A DNA stretch of 64,000 nt, taken from Polyangiaceae bacterium (GTDB taxonomy: Bacteria > Myxococcota_A > Polyangia > Polyangiales > Polyangiaceae). Below the pieces are notes generated by a model that was not told the origin of the DNA, ran no database searches, and saw nothing but the letters and a program-made list of their open reading frames with translations. Position 1 is the stretch's first letter. Each line of letters starts with the position of its first letter. Positions 10,981 through 21,764 of the stretch are shown here, piece by piece. The DNA is taken from the NCBI GenBank assembly GCA_965222375.1, contig CBDCTZ010000012.1, forward strand, positions 416,001 to 480,000, in the 5' to 3' direction. Made by a program: the position numbers and the translations under genes.

Positions 10981-11955
10981 TACCGCGTGTGTTTGCACAG
11001 CCGAATCGCGGGGCGGGTGTTGTGGACCTTGGAGGAGTTTAGGGTCAGGGGTGAGGCGGACTTGTACGCTGCCGTGCGCGAGCTGGAATGGGAAGCGCAC
11101 ATCGACGCGTCGCGCACCCTGGCGGTGCGTGCGGTGGGCACGGCGCCGGGGCTCGAGCATACGAACTTCGTGGCGCAACGCACCAAGGACGCCATCGTGG
11201 ACCGACTGCGGGACAACACGGGAGCGCGGCCCAATGTGGATCGAGAGGATCCGGACGCGTCCATCTTCGTGCGGCTACATCGTGGGCGCGCGACGCTGTC
11301 ATTGGATCTCGCTGGGGAGTCGTTGCATCGCCGCGGCGCTCGGAGGGCGACGGGTGCAGCGCCAATCAAAGAGAATGTGGCGGCGGCGATGGTGCGTTTG
11401 AGCGGCTGGGATCGCAAGACGCCCTTCGTGGACGTGATGTGCGGCGTGGGCACCTTGTGCGTCGAAGCTGATCTCTGGGCGCGGGATGTCGCGCCGGGCT
11501 TGTCGCGCCGGCGCTTCGGTTTTCAGCGTTGGCTGTCGCACGAACGCCGCTTCGCCAAGGACTTCGACCGCCTCAAGGCAAAGGCGCGTGCGCAGATCCG
11601 CGCCGAGGGACCCGAGGTGCGCGGCTTCGATGCCGATCCGCACGTGATCGAGGCGGCTCGGGAGCATGCGACGGCTGCGGATGCGCGCGCGCGCTTTGGT
11701 GTCATGAAGGTAGCGGGGTTTTCCGGCACGACGCCACCGGGCACGTTGTGCAGCAACACGCCCTACGGTGAGCGCCTCGCCGTGGAGCCCGAGCTATGGC
11801 GCGGCATGGAAGCAGCGCTGGCGGCGCTCGCGCCGGGCCATCGCATTGCGCTCTTGCTCGGGCCGAACTCGGAAATGCGCGTCCCCGCATTCGCCACGAG
11901 CCACGCGCTGTACAACGGCGCCCTGGAGTGTCGCTTGGCGCGCTGGGTGACCTAG
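10852..11955 (+). CDS. rlmL: THUMP-domain SAM-dependent RNA methyltransferase (RlmL/UPF0020-like)
   Basis: [26 protein letters not shown]...G.RPNVD, SLDLAGESLHRRG, APIKENVAAA, MCG.GT and N.PYGERL motifs. Confidence 0.85.
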   Translation: MRFFATAPKGTETVLFQELSELSAPRARQRPGGVEFAGRFADAYRVCLHSRIAGRVLWTLEEFRVRGEADLYAAVRELEWEAHIDASRTLAVRAVGTAPGLEHTNFVAQRTKDAIVDRLRDNTGARPNVDREDPDASIFVRLHRGRATLSLDLAGESLHRRGARRATGAAPIKENVAAAMVRLSGWDRKTPFVDVMCGVGTLCVEADLWARDVAPGLSRRRFGFQRWLSHERRFAKDFDRLKAKARAQIRAEGPEVRGFDADPHVIEAAREHATAADARARFGVMKVAGFSGTTPPGTLCSNTPYGERLAVEPELWRGMEAALAALAPGHRIALLLGPNSEMRVPAFATSHALYNGALECRLARWVT

Positions 11956-11982
11956 TCGAATCGCGCAGCTCGGCGTTTCAGC

Positions 11983-12528
11983 CTACAGGCCGGTGAACGC
12001 CGTTGGGGTACTGGTTGCGGGGAGGAAGAAGAGAGTCGAGCCGACCGATCCGAGATCGGTGTGGTAGCTCAGCTCGCAACCATTCTTGCTGGACTTGCTC
12101 TGCTCCAGGGCGTTCTGGATGTGAAACGTCAGCTTGGTGCCCTGCGCACTCTCCAGGACGAAGTTCCACGGTGCGCCGGTCCAATCGCAATTCTCGGGAT
12201 CACCGTCAGTCTGGAAGCTGATGTTGCAGTGCTCGTCGTCCACGACGACCTCGTAGGCGCTACCGGCAGTCCAGAGATCCTTCGCCTTGGCCCCTATCGC
12301 CGTGGCTCGCAGCGAATACGTGCCTGCGGCCTTGGACCAGGCAGTGCGCTCCGATCCGGTTGGACACACTCCGCCGGGACCGCCACCCGTGCCGCCGGCC
12401 CCGCCGCCGCCGCTACCGCCGACGCCGCTACCACCGCTGCCCGGCCCAACGGACGGCCGAGAGCCGCCATCATCGCCACAGCCGGTGAGCAGAAGGAGTA
12501 GGCCGAGGGATGCCGGGAGCGAATTCAT
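11983..12528 (-). CDS. Hypothetical lipoprotein with Gly-rich linker
   Basis: MNSLPASLGLLLLLTGCG lipobox, Gly linker, small beta-rich domain. Confidence 0.7.
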   Translation of the reverse strand: MNSLPASLGLLLLLTGCGDDGGSRPSVGPGSGGSGVGGSGGGGAGGTGGGPGGVCPTGSERTAWSKAAGTYSLRATAIGAKAKDLWTAGSAYEVVVDDEHCNISFQTDGDPENCDWTGAPWNFVLESAQGTKLTFHIQNALEQSKSSKNGCELSYHTDLGSVGSTLFFLPATSTPTAFTGL

Positions 12529-12661
12529 TGGTCACACCGCGGTGGGGAAGTGCGCTCACCCGGCACGGACCCAAGGATACAGACGCCGGCGGCGGGTGGC
12601 AAAGGGGCAGTGGGTTGCGCGTTGAGCGCCACGACCCCAACCAAGACCAACGCCAGCTAGC

Positions 12662-13318
12662 TCAGTCGCGTCGCGATTTCGGACGGATCGCACCGGGCGG
12701 TGGCGTCGGCGTTCGCGTGAGCTTCGCAACCGGGTCGCGTCCTTCGAGTGCCCGCTTCACGTAGGCCAATTGGTCGCTGCCCCAAAACAAGTCCGGCCCC
12801 ACGGTGAAGGTGGGTACGCCGAATACGCCGCGCTCAATCGCAGCTTCGGTCTCCGAGCGCAGCGCGGCTTTGACCTCGCCCTCCTGAGTGCGCGCGGTCA
12901 GCGCCTCGCCGTCGAAACCCGCTTCGTCCAAGACCCGAGCGACGGCTTCTACACTGTCTACGGGCGCCGCGTGCATCCAGGTGGCGCTGAATAGGGCATC
13001 GATCACTTCCAGCTGCGCCTCTCCGGCGACCACGGCCAGACTGACACGCAGTGCTGCCAGCGGATTGAAGGGATGCACCACCGGTGGGCGCATGGCCACG
13101 CCAGCGTCCACGGCACGGCGCGTGACGTCTTGGAATACGAAGCGGCGCTTGGGACCGATCTCCGCCGGGCCGAGCTGCCCATGGTGATCGAGCAGGCCGG
13201 CAAAGAGGATCGGGCGGGGCACGACCGTGAAGCCCGGATCTTTGCGGCGCAGTTCGCACCACGCCAGGTAGGCGTAGGGCGAGATGAAGTCGAAATAGAA
13301 ATCCACCCCTTGCGGCAT
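12662..13318 (-). CDS. 2-hydroxychromene-2-carboxylate isomerase / GST-kappa (DsbA-like) family protein
   Basis: VDFYFDFISPYAYL, HPFNPL.ALR and A..RGVFGVPTF.VG..LFWGSDQL. Confidence 0.9.
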   Translation of the reverse strand: MPQGVDFYFDFISPYAYLAWCELRRKDPGFTVVPRPILFAGLLDHHGQLGPAEIGPKRRFVFQDVTRRAVDAGVAMRPPVVHPFNPLAALRVSLAVVAGEAQLEVIDALFSATWMHAAPVDSVEAVARVLDEAGFDGEALTARTQEGEVKAALRSETEAAIERGVFGVPTFTVGPDLFWGSDQLAYVKRALEGRDPVAKLTRTPTPPPGAIRPKSRRD

Positions 13319-13397
13319 GACTAGAGTCGTGCCGCTTCTTCGGTCACGCGTAAAGAGGGCAGGGCGCTGCCGACTTCGTGCCACAATCCGGCCCGCC

Positions 13398-14733
13398 ATG
13401 GCTGAGGCAGATGTAGTGGTGATTGGTGCAGGGCTCTCGGGCCTGTCGGCAGCCTCCCGGCTGACGCGCGCAGGCCTTTCCGTGGTCGTGCTCGAGGCCC
13501 GGGACCGAGTTGGCGGGCGGCTGCTGTCCCAGAGCGTGGGACAGGGAGTGTTCGACTTGGGTGGTCAGTGGGCAGCGCCGGGTGAATCAGCTGATCGCCG
13601 ACGCTGGGCTTGCGACCTTCGCCACCTTCGACACCGGGCGGAAGCTGATCAGCGTGCGGGGCGAGCTCAAGAAGTATTCGGGGACGATCCCCAAGCTGGG
13701 GCCCTTGGAACTTATCGAGCTGCACGGCGCGCTGCGGCAAGTGGAGCGCATGCGAAAGAAGGTCAGCCCAAGTACACCGTGGAAGCACCGCGACGCGCGA
13801 CGGCTCGATGGCATTAGCGTGGAGGCGGCGATTGGCGACAGCCTGCAGCGCCCAGGCTCTCGCGCGTCCTTCGATGCCGCTGTGCGCACGGTATTTGGCG
13901 CCGAAGCGGCTGAGCTGTCCATGCTGCAGTTTCTATCCTACGTGAACGGTGGCGGCGGGTTGATGAACTTGGTGAGCGTTTCCGGAGGCGCACAACAAGA
14001 TCGAATCGTCGGTGGGGCGCAGCGCTTGGCGACTGAATTGGCGAAGGGGCTGGACGACGTGCAGCTTTCGGTGCCCGTGTCGTCGGTGCGACACGAGGAG
14101 GCCGGGCTCAGAGTCGAGCATGCCAAGGGAGAGCTGACGGCGCGCCACCTGATCGTCGCGATCCCGCCCAACCTCGTCGATCGCATTGCCTTCGAACCCG
14201 CGCTGCCTGCCGACAAGCGCCACGCCTTGCGCCGTTCGCCGATGGGGTCGACGATCAAGGTGTTGGTCACCTACGAGCGCGCGTTCTGGCGGGAGCGGGG
14301 ATTGTCTGGCGAAGCGGTCAGCGACGCGCCGCCCTTCGCCGTGGTGTTCGACAACAGCGACCGCGAGGCGCAGCCGGCACTGCTCGGATTTGTCGTCGGT
14401 CAGCCCGCTCGGGACTTCGCGCTGCTGCCCGAGGCGCGCCGGCGCTCTGTGGCCATCGCCGAATTGTGTCGGATGTTCGGGCCCGACGCCGCCAGCGTCG
14501 TCGACTACATCGAACACGACTGGTCTCAGGAGGAGTGGACGGGGGGATGCCCCGTAGCGTCGCCGCAGCCCGGGGTCCTGTCTCTCAATGGCGGCGCTCT
14601 GCGTAGCCGGGCCGGGCGGATCAGCTTTGCGGGAACCGAGTTCGCCCGTGAGTACTGCGGCTACATGGAGGGTGCGTTGGAAGCCGCGGAGCGAGCCGCG
14701 ACGGAAGCGCTGCTAGCCCTCGCTGCGCGTTGA
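13398..14733 (+). pseudogene. Flavin monoamine oxidase family gene with a frameshift near 13572
   Basis: Frame 1 gives DVVVIGAGLSGL..A...VLEARDRVGGR...DLGGQW. The homologous continuation QRRVNQL...DWSQEEWTGG...FAGTE..GYMEGALE..ERAA lies in another frame. Confidence 0.8.
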
Positions 14734-14766
14734 CGAAAGGCGCGCCAGCGCCGGAGCCACGCGGGC

Positions 14767-14795
14767 TTGATAACTGAGCCTGTGTTCAGTATCTT
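14767..14795 (+). promoter_or_regulatory. Sigma70-type promoter with a LexA-like box in the spacer
   Basis: TTGATA-N17-TATCTT. The spacer contains CTGAGCCTGTGTTCAG (14774-14789), similar to the Myxococcus LexA consensus CTRHAMRYBYGTTCAGS. Confidence 0.75.
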
Positions 14796-14801
14796 CCGCG
14801 G

Positions 14802-15833
14802 GTGCGCCAGCTGCCTGACGAAAACCCGCTCAAGCGCTTTTCTGCCCAACACGTGGAGTACTTTGGGACGCCGCCGCCTCGGGATTTGACCATCTACGAG
14901 GACGAGAGCGAGAGCGTGCTGAGTGAAAACAGCAGTCCGGATCTCGCGTTTCGCTACAGCCTCAACCCCTACCGCGGCTGCGTGCATGGCTGCGCCTACT
15001 GCTATGCGCGCCCCAGCCATGAGTATTGGGGGTTTGGGATTGGGGCGGATTTCGAGCGCCGTATCGTCGTCAAGCCACGGGCTCCAGCACTCCTGCGCGC
15101 AAAGTTCGAGAAGAAGTCGTGGCAGGGCGAACTTGTCGTGCTCAGCGGCAACACGGATTGCTACCAACCGCTCGAGCTCGAGCATCAGCTCACTCGCGGC
15201 TGTTTGGAAGTGATGGCGGAATACCGCAACCCGGTGGGCATCATCACGAAGAGCGCCCTGATCGAGCGGGATCTCGATCTGCTAGAATGCCTGGACGACA
15301 CGTCATCCCTGAGCGTTGCCATCAGCATTCCGTTTTGGGACGAAGCCGTGGCTCGGGCCATGGAGCCCTACGTGCCGACGCCCAAGCGACGCATCGAGAC
15401 GATCCGTCGCCTGGCTGAACGCGGCATCGAAGTGACGGTGATGGTGGCTCCAATCATCCCCGGACTATCGGATCGGGACATGCCAGCGATTCTGGAGCGG
15501 GCGGCGGGCGCCGGAGCAGCGCGGGCTTGTTACACCATGTTGCGCCTCCCGCACGGGGTGAAGGATGTGTTCCAGCAGAGGCTGGAGCAGCACTTGCCGT
15601 TGGCCAAGGAAAAGGTACTCGCGCGTACCCGCGAGGTGCGCGACGGCAAGCTCCACGAGGGGGAGTTCTTCACGCGTATGCGGGGCCAAGGTCGCTACGC
15701 GGATAGCGTAGGTGAGCTGTTTCGACAGGCGGCCAGGCGCTTGGGGCTATTGCCCGACGAGCCTGGCGATTCTCGGCCGAGAACCTTTCGACGCCCCACG
15801 GACGCCGGCGGGCAGATGCGCCTTTTCGGCTGA
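14802..15833 (+). CDS. Radical SAM protein, PA0069/Rv2578c (spore photoproduct lyase-like) family
   Basis: SLNPYRGCVHGCAYCYARPSHEY (CxxxCxxC), SGNTDCYQP.E, ITKS.LI.RD.D, APIIPGL.D, LRLP and a C-terminal QMRLF clamp-binding-like motif. Confidence 0.92.
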   Translation: MRQLPDENPLKRFSAQHVEYFGTPPPRDLTIYEDESESVLSENSSPDLAFRYSLNPYRGCVHGCAYCYARPSHEYWGFGIGADFERRIVVKPRAPALLRAKFEKKSWQGELVVLSGNTDCYQPLELEHQLTRGCLEVMAEYRNPVGIITKSALIERDLDLLECLDDTSSLSVAISIPFWDEAVARAMEPYVPTPKRRIETIRRLAERGIEVTVMVAPIIPGLSDRDMPAILERAAGAGAARACYTMLRLPHGVKDVFQQRLEQHLPLAKEKVLARTREVRDGKLHEGEFFTRMRGQGRYADSVGELFRQAARRLGLLPDEPGDSRPRTFRRPTDAGGQMRLFG

Positions 15834-15891
15834 GCATGGTCGCCTTGGGGCGTGACTGCCAGGGGCCGGGTGCAAGGTGTAGACTGCGCGC

Positions 15892-17421
15892 ATGGCTGAA
15901 AAAGCGCACCCGGACAAGACCCACGTGTTGATCGTGGGCACGGGCTTTGCGGGGTTGGGTACGGCGATCCGTTTGAAGCAGGCGGGCTTTGACGATTTTG
16001 TCTTGCTCGAAGCGGCTTCGGAAGTCGGGGGAACTTGGCGAGACAACCACTACCCAGGCGCGGCCTGTGATGTGGAGTCGCATTTGTACTCCTTTTCGTT
16101 TCGGCCCAAGCCCAACTGGTCGCGTATGTTCGCGCCTCAGTCCGAAATCCTGGAGTACACCTACGAGTGCCTCGACGCCTACGGCCTGCGACCCTACGTG
16201 CGCCTCGACTCTCGAGTGAGTTGTGCAATCTTCGACGAGGACTCTCAGCGCTGGTTGGTCGAGACCGAATCTGGCGACCGCTACGACGCTTCCGTGATCG
16301 TGTCGGGCACCGGCCTGCTGAGCCGCCCGAGCAAGCCGGAAATCGACGGTTTGGACAGCTTCGCGGGCGCGACCATTCATTCGGCCCAGTGGCTGGATGA
16401 CTACGACTTTGCCGACAAGCGCGTCGGCGTGATCGGTACCGGCGCCAGCGCGATTCAGATCGTGCCAGAGCTAGCGCCCGCGGCGGCCCAGCTCAGTGTT
16501 TTTCAGCGCACGCCGCCCTGGATTCTGCCGCGCAGGGATCGCAACATTCGCGGCTGGGAGCAAGCGCTATTCCGCCGCATACCTGCGACGCAGCAGCTAG
16601 CGCGCAAGATCATCTATCTGAAGCGGGAGCTCTTGGCGCTGGGCTTCGTGGGGGACAAGCGCGTCCTTCAAATCGCCGAGGCCGTGGCGCGCGCGTTTCT
16701 GAAGAGGAGCGTACCGGATCCCGAACTGCGGCGGCAGTTGACCCCCGACTACACCATCGGCTGCAAGCGAGTGCTGCTTTCGAACGACTATTACCCGACG
16801 CTGCAGCGATCGAACGTACAGCTGGTGACGGACCCCATCGACCGAATCGAGGCGCGGGGGATCGTGACCCGCTCCCGCAAGCTTCATGAGTTCGATGTGC
16901 TGGTGCTGGCAACGGGTTTCAACGCTGCCGAGGCCATGGCGCCTTTCGTCGTGCGTGGGAGGGGTGGCCGTCAGTTGAGCGTGGCGTGGCAGGGCGGCGC
17001 GGAGGCCTACCTCGGCTCGACGGTCAGCGGATTTCCGAACCTGTTCATGATCGCTGGTCCCAACACCGGGCTCGGTCACAGCTCGATGGTGTTCATGATC
17101 GAATCCCAGATCAGCTACATTTTGGATTGCCTCGAGCAGATGAGACAGCAGGGCATTGCCAGCGTCGATCTTCGGCCCGAGGTGCAGGCGGACTACAACC
17201 GGCGGCTTCACGCGCGGCTGGACAAGTCCGTGTGGGCCAGCGGCTGCAAGAGCTGGTACCAAACGCCCAGTGGCAAGAACACGACCCTGTGGCCGGGTTA
17301 CACCTTCGAGTTTTGGTGGCGCACTCGGCGATTCCACCTGGGGGACTACGCATTGGGCTTCGAGGGCCAAATCGCCGATCAGCCGCATTTTGAGCCTGGG
17401 CGTGAGGCGCTAAGTACCTGA
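15892..17421 (+). CDS. Flavin-containing monooxygenase (Baeyer-Villiger type)
   Basis: GTGFAG, GGTWRDNHYPGAACDV, FAGATIHSAQW fingerprint, GTGASAIQ, IGCKR and ATGF. Confidence 0.93.
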   Translation: MAEKAHPDKTHVLIVGTGFAGLGTAIRLKQAGFDDFVLLEAASEVGGTWRDNHYPGAACDVESHLYSFSFRPKPNWSRMFAPQSEILEYTYECLDAYGLRPYVRLDSRVSCAIFDEDSQRWLVETESGDRYDASVIVSGTGLLSRPSKPEIDGLDSFAGATIHSAQWLDDYDFADKRVGVIGTGASAIQIVPELAPAAAQLSVFQRTPPWILPRRDRNIRGWEQALFRRIPATQQLARKIIYLKRELLALGFVGDKRVLQIAEAVARAFLKRSVPDPELRRQLTPDYTIGCKRVLLSNDYYPTLQRSNVQLVTDPIDRIEARGIVTRSRKLHEFDVLVLATGFNAAEAMAPFVVRGRGGRQLSVAWQGGAEAYLGSTVSGFPNLFMIAGPNTGLGHSSMVFMIESQISYILDCLEQMRQQGIASVDLRPEVQADYNRRLHARLDKSVWASGCKSWYQTPSGKNTTLWPGYTFEFWWRTRRFHLGDYALGFEGQIADQPHFEPGREALST

Positions 17422-17435
17422 AATTGCGGAACTAA

Positions 17436-18977
<1,542 letters not shown>

Positions 18978-18984
18978 GGCAATC

Positions 18985-19548
18985 ATGACCGCACCGGAGA
19001 TCCTTCTCGAGGTCGTCACCCCCGAGGGCGTGGCGCTCACCGAGCACGTTCACGACCTGACTGCGCCCAGCGTGAAAGGTGAGTTCGGCGTGCTGCCTGG
19101 GCACCGCCCGCTGCTAGCGGCGCTGAAAACCGGTATCGTGACCTACCACCATGCCGGCGGGGACGAAGAGCGGGTCGCCGTGGGGTCCGGCTTTGTGGAG
19201 ATCATGGACGACCATGCGGTGCTGCTCACGGATCGCTTCATCAAGAAGGAGGACGTCGACCCGGTTCGGGCGCGGCTGAATCTCAAAGAAGCGGACGAGG
19301 AACTCGACAAGTTCGACGGTGATCCCGAGAGCGTGGAATACGCCGAGCTGGTCGCCCGAGAAGTCTGGGCTGCGACTCAGCTCGTGCTGTATGGCGATCC
19401 CCCGCCGCCCACCGTGCGTGGTGCCGAGCTCGGTCTTGCGCCCACCGAAACCTTCGTCGAAGAGGGGCTGCACCTCGCGGAGGCCATCGTGGACGAAGAG
19501 GCCGAAGTCGACGACAAGCTCGCCGAGCGCGACGCAGACAAGAAGTGA
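18985..19548 (+). CDS. atpC: F1Fo ATP synthase epsilon subunit with acidic C-terminal extension
   Basis: LEVVTPEG, GEFGVLPGH.P and V.SGFVEI motifs; directly follows atpD. Confidence 0.9.
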   Translation: MTAPEILLEVVTPEGVALTEHVHDLTAPSVKGEFGVLPGHRPLLAALKTGIVTYHHAGGDEERVAVGSGFVEIMDDHAVLLTDRFIKKEDVDPVRARLNLKEADEELDKFDGDPESVEYAELVAREVWAATQLVLYGDPPPPTVRGAELGLAPTETFVEEGLHLAEAIVDEEAEVDDKLAERDADKK

Positions 19549-20318
19549 TGAGCCGGTCGGGGGATGGGCGCGTTGGCCAGGGTGGCGCCGGCGCCTGCCT
19601 GGTCGGTATCTCCGTTTCCCTGCTGATCGCGCAAAGCTGCGCGGGTCCACTTCCGAGTACTGCGCCGCTGGGGCTTGGGCCCTTGGCCAAGGCAGAAGCC
19701 GTGGAGCGCGAGAAGCGCGAAGCGGAGCGAGAAGCCGCGCTCGCTTCTGGCGATGCTGGCGCCGACGCCGCCGGCCCGAAGGCTCCTGGCGCGGCGAGCG
19801 GGACGGCTTCCGGGGCGGGAGGCGCTGACCCTGGGGCGGGCTCAGATGCCGGGGCCGCGACCGCGGCCGCGGCCGCCGAGGCCGGCACGGACACTTCCGA
19901 CAAGGCGCCGGCGGCCAAAGCAGTCTTCGCCGGCGTGTATGTCGGTGAAGATACGTCCCTGTTCAAGCTCAGCGGCTTGCCGGATCGATCTGAAGCGGAC
20001 TCCAATGCCAAGACTCGCGTAGAGGACCGCGCCGACGGCAATGTGAACATCATTCCGGTGGACAGTTCCAACGGTAAAGACATCTGCACTCTCGAAGCGG
20101 TGGTCAAGGACAAGACCAAGAAGCTTTTCGAGATCAAGCGAGGTCAGAGTTGCTTCGAGCCCGAGCAGGGCGGGATGAGCGGAACGATCCGAAAAGGCAG
20201 CGCCAAGTTCGACGGCGACAAGTTGACCTTCGATGTGGTCCTGGCCCTCGAGATCAATACCCCGAGCACTCAGCTGACGGGCACCCTCGAGTACCACTTC
20301 GAGGGCACACGCCCCTAG
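19548..20318 (+). CDS. Hypothetical lipoprotein with Ala/Gly-rich linker
   Basis: TGATG coupling to atpC; hydrophobic signal ending in IAQSC; beta-rich C-terminal domain. Confidence 0.65.
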   Translation: MSRSGDGRVGQGGAGACLVGISVSLLIAQSCAGPLPSTAPLGLGPLAKAEAVEREKREAEREAALASGDAGADAAGPKAPGAASGTASGAGGADPGAGSDAGAATAAAAAEAGTDTSDKAPAAKAVFAGVYVGEDTSLFKLSGLPDRSEADSNAKTRVEDRADGNVNIIPVDSSNGKDICTLEAVVKDKTKKLFEIKRGQSCFEPEQGGMSGTIRKGSAKFDGDKLTFDVVLALEINTPSTQLTGTLEYHFEGTRP

Positions 20319-20496
20319 CCCGGACTGCTCACGAGCGCTCTGCTGCGGCAGCCGATCCAACATCGTCTGCGGCGGTTTCCTCGCCTACGCTCCTCGACGT
20401 ATTGTCGATACGCCTGCGTCGCTCCAGCTGCGGGCCCACCACATCCGAAGCCGCCTCGGCCGCCTCGCTCTGAACTTCGTGACTAATCCGGGCTAG
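20315..20496. mobile_element. MITE-like non-autonomous element (182 bp)
   Basis: Left end CTAGCCCGGACTGCTCACGA versus the reverse complement of the right end CTAGCCCGGATTAGTCACGA (17/20). CTAG at both termini, internal palindrome TCGAC-GTATT-GTCGA, no coding signal, located between convergent genes. Confidence 0.7.
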
Positions 20497-20507
20497 GGCT
20501 GGGTGAG

Positions 20508-21764
20508 CTAGCGATAGCGTTCGAGCAGCTTGGTCTGCCGGCTGACCAAAGGCAGGGAGCGGCCGCGAATGATCACGGCCACGACTCGGGTCGACAGTTC
20601 GAAGGGGTCGCCGCTCCAGAGCACCAGATTGGCCGTCTTGCCGGCTTTCACACTTCCGACCGTGGCGTCTAGACCGAAGATCTCTGCGGGTGCGCGGGTG
20701 ACGGCTTCCAAGGCCCGATCCGCAGACAGGCCGGCTCGCACGGCATTGCCGGCGAGCTGTCGGAGCTTTCGCACGTTGTGACTCGCAAAGGTGCTTAGGG
20801 CAATCTTGACGCCGGCGTCTGCCAGCAACTTAGCGTTGTCGGCGCGGGCGCCCCGGGAAGCGAAGGTCGCCGGCAAGTTGTTCAACGGATCGACAATGAC
20901 TGGCACCTTCGCGTCGGCGAGCAGCTTGGCCTGACGCCAAGCCTCAGCCCCGGAGGCGATGATGAGCTTCAAGGAGCTTTGCTTGGCGAGCTCGACCACT
21001 CGAGCGATGTCGCCGGCGGAGTCGGCGTGTACGACCAAGCGCAACTTGCCGGCGAGGGCTGCCTTGCCAGCTTCCAGATCTAGGCGACTTGCTGCCAGCT
21101 TGCGCATACGGTTCTTGGCGTAGTCGGCTGGATTCTTTGCGTAGGCACGCGCGTCTTCCAAAAACTCACGGAGGCGTAGCAACGCGCTGCCGCGGCCCAT
21201 GGGCACGCCATCGAGATGGGCGGTACTGAGTTTGACGTGAAGGGCCAGGCTTTCGTCGACGAAGGGTTTGCTGTGCCCAGGCGGCAGCAGATCGACCCAA
21301 GCGCTCTGGCCCGAAACCAGCCCACCCTGAGGAACGACGCCGACGGACGTCACGCCGCCCAGGCGAGTGACCGCCACTGCTGAGCTGGACGCGTTGTAAC
21401 CATCGGCGGCCCGAAAGGCGGCTCGAATTGGCTCCTTGCTCTTGTGAGTCAGACGATTGGTGGATTGCTCGAGTCCGATGTCGATCAGCCCGAGGTAGGT
21501 CAGGGGATCGATCAGTCCGGCGGTCAGGGTCATGCCTTTGGCGTCCAAGACGTCATTGCCCGCTTTGGCGGCGCCGGTGCTTACCGCTGTGATGCGTCCG
21601 CCTTGGATACCCACGGTGATCTTGTCCAGGGGCGCCTGGCCCGGCGTGAGCAAGCGCGCTCCGGTGACCGCGCGCAGGGGCGTCTTGGCGCTGGCCTGTT
21701 TGGCGGCAAGCCAGGTCGCCGCCATGGCCGACAGCGCCTGTCGGCGCGACATCTTCATCGCCAC
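20508..21764 (-). CDS. Amidohydrolase-family protein with Tat-like signal and degenerate metal site
   Basis: SRRQAL signal. GLIDPLTYLG lacks HxH. Also GGVTS, GS...GK.ANLVLWSGDPFE. Confidence 0.85.
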   Translation of the reverse strand: MAMKMSRRQALSAMAATWLAAKQASAKTPLRAVTGARLLTPGQAPLDKITVGIQGGRITAVSTGAAKAGNDVLDAKGMTLTAGLIDPLTYLGLIDIGLEQSTNRLTHKSKEPIRAAFRAADGYNASSSAVAVTRLGGVTSVGVVPQGGLVSGQSAWVDLLPPGHSKPFVDESLALHVKLSTAHLDGVPMGRGSALLRLREFLEDARAYAKNPADYAKNRMRKLAASRLDLEAGKAALAGKLRLVVHADSAGDIARVVELAKQSSLKLIIASGAEAWRQAKLLADAKVPVIVDPLNNLPATFASRGARADNAKLLADAGVKIALSTFASHNVRKLRQLAGNAVRAGLSADRALEAVTRAPAEIFGLDATVGSVKAGKTANLVLWSGDPFELSTRVVAVIIRGRSLPLVSRQTKLLERYR

